Source: Eledone cirrhosa | Taxonomy: Eukaryota | Direction of reading: 5' to 3' | Length of the DNA: 64,000 nucleotides | Assembly (NCBI GenBank): GCA_964016885.1 | Contig: OZ024758.1 | Location: 36,704,001 to 36,768,000 of the forward strand | Shown here: positions 63,201 through 64,000 of the stretch, piece after piece | How positions within the stretch are numbered: the stretch's first letter is position 1 | Layout of the letters: every line of letters begins with the position of its first letter | Position numbers and translations under genes: made by a program | Notes under the pieces: model-generated | The model's input: only the letters and a program-made list of their open reading frames with translations | Database searches by the model: none | Told to the model about the DNA's origin: nothing

Positions 63201-64000
63201 ATTAGTTGTCAGAAGTAACTCCAATGTTGGTGAGAATTCATTTAAGTTCATGGTATTAGCTGTCAGAAGTAACTCCACTGTTGGTGAGAATTCATTTAAG
63301 TTCATGGTATTAGCTGTCAGAAGTAACTCCACTGTTGGTGAGAATTCATTTAAGTTCATGGTATTAGCTGTCAGAAGGAACTCCAATGTTGGTGAGAATT
63401 CATTTAAGTCATGGTACTAGCTGTCAGAAGTAACTCCACTGTTGGTGAGAATTCATTTAAGTTCATGGTATTAGCTGTCAGAAGTAACTCCACTGTTGGT
63501 GAGAATTCATTTAAGTTCATGGTACTAGCTGTCAGAAGTAACTCCAATGTTGGTGAGAATTCATTTAAGTTCATGGTATTAGCTGTCAGAAGGAACTCCA
63601 CTGTTGGTGAGAATTCATTTAAGTTCATGGTATTAGCTGTCAGAAGTAACTCCACTGTTGGTGAGAATTCATTTAAGTTCATGGTACTAGTTGTCAGAAG
63701 TAACTCCACTGTTGGTGAGAATTCATTTAAGTTCATGTTACTAGCTGTCAGAAGTAACTCCACTGTTGGTGAGAATTCATTTAAGATCATGGTATTAGTT
63801 TGTCAGAAGTAACTCCACTGTTGGTGAGAATTCATTTACGTTCATGGTATTAGCTGTCAGAAGTATCTCCACTGTTGGTGAGAATTCATTTAAGTTCATG
63901 GTACTAGCTGTCAGAAGTAACTCCAATGTTGGTGAGAATTCATTTAAGTTCATGGTATTAGCTGTCAGAAGTAACTCCACTGTTGGTGAGAATTCATTTA

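Larger units (their letters stand above)
1..64000 (+). repeat. 54-bp satellite DNA tandem array (~1,190 head-to-tail monomers), running off both window ends
   Basis: Positions 1-54 (gttcatggtactagctgtcagaagtaactccactgttggtgagaattcatttaa) repeat continuously to 64000. Common polymorphisms are gtaC/Tta, agC/Ttg, aagT/Gaac, ccaC/A/Ttg and aagttcat versus aagtcat (53 bp). A 55-bp tagtttgtc variant also occurs. Block offsets give a mean period of ~53.8 bp. Strand is nominal. Confidence 0.99.

Noticed and set aside
434-63812. Plus-strand ORFs encoding (MVLAVRSNSTVGENSFKF)n, up to 254 aa (41606-42370), with a repeated NST sequon
   Set aside because: The 54-bp monomer is 18 codons with one stop-free frame. 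ORFs are broken by 1-bp indels every few to ~14 monomers, have no unique termini, and many common variants change amino acids. Artefact of the satellite.
427-63980. Minus-strand ORFs encoding (MNLNEFSPTVELLLTANT)n, superficially leucine-rich-repeat-like
   Set aside because: Antisense mirror of the same repeat, frameshifted at the same indels. The 18-aa period does not fit an LRR consensus and there is no gene context.
1-64000. CRISPR array or similar repeat-spacer system
   Set aside because: There are no unique spacers, since the whole monomer is conserved, and no cas genes, leader or other unique DNA.
1-64000. Variant order as a combinatorial code, diversity-generating cassette set or programmed-frameshift system
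   Set aside because: Variant order is explained by nested duplications and deletions. No recombinase, reverse transcriptase, expression site or slippery-sequence context is present.

Overview
The whole 64 kb is one uninterrupted, head-to-tail array of a 54-bp satellite, about 1,190 copies, consensus GTTCATGGTAYTAGCTGTCAGAAGTAACTCCAMTGTTGGTGAGAATTCATTTAA (about 38% GC, one EcoRI site per monomer, no CpG), with 53- and 55-bp indel variants. I see no genes, RNA genes, transposons, CRISPR spacers or unique DNA. All listed ORFs arise because the monomer is 18 codons long with one stop-free frame per strand. The informative signal is in the order of variant monomers. (i) There are nested higher-order repeats (HORs) and tandem duplications at 161/162 bp, about 1.0-1.1 kb, 1.7-2.0 kb, 3.5 kb and 9-10 kb. 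(ii) An ~8.5-kb block recurs ~50.5-51 kb away. (iii) The array is layered A-B-A: a central ~30-kb domain (about 15-45 kb) has its own diagnostic variants and looks more homogeneous, and the two flanks share a different variant set. This resembles a eukaryotic centromeric or heterochromatic satellite, but species, family and function cannot be determined from the sequence. I find no support for a novel protein-coding system. Block boundaries were read by eye and from ORF-track offsets and are approximate to about one monomer.
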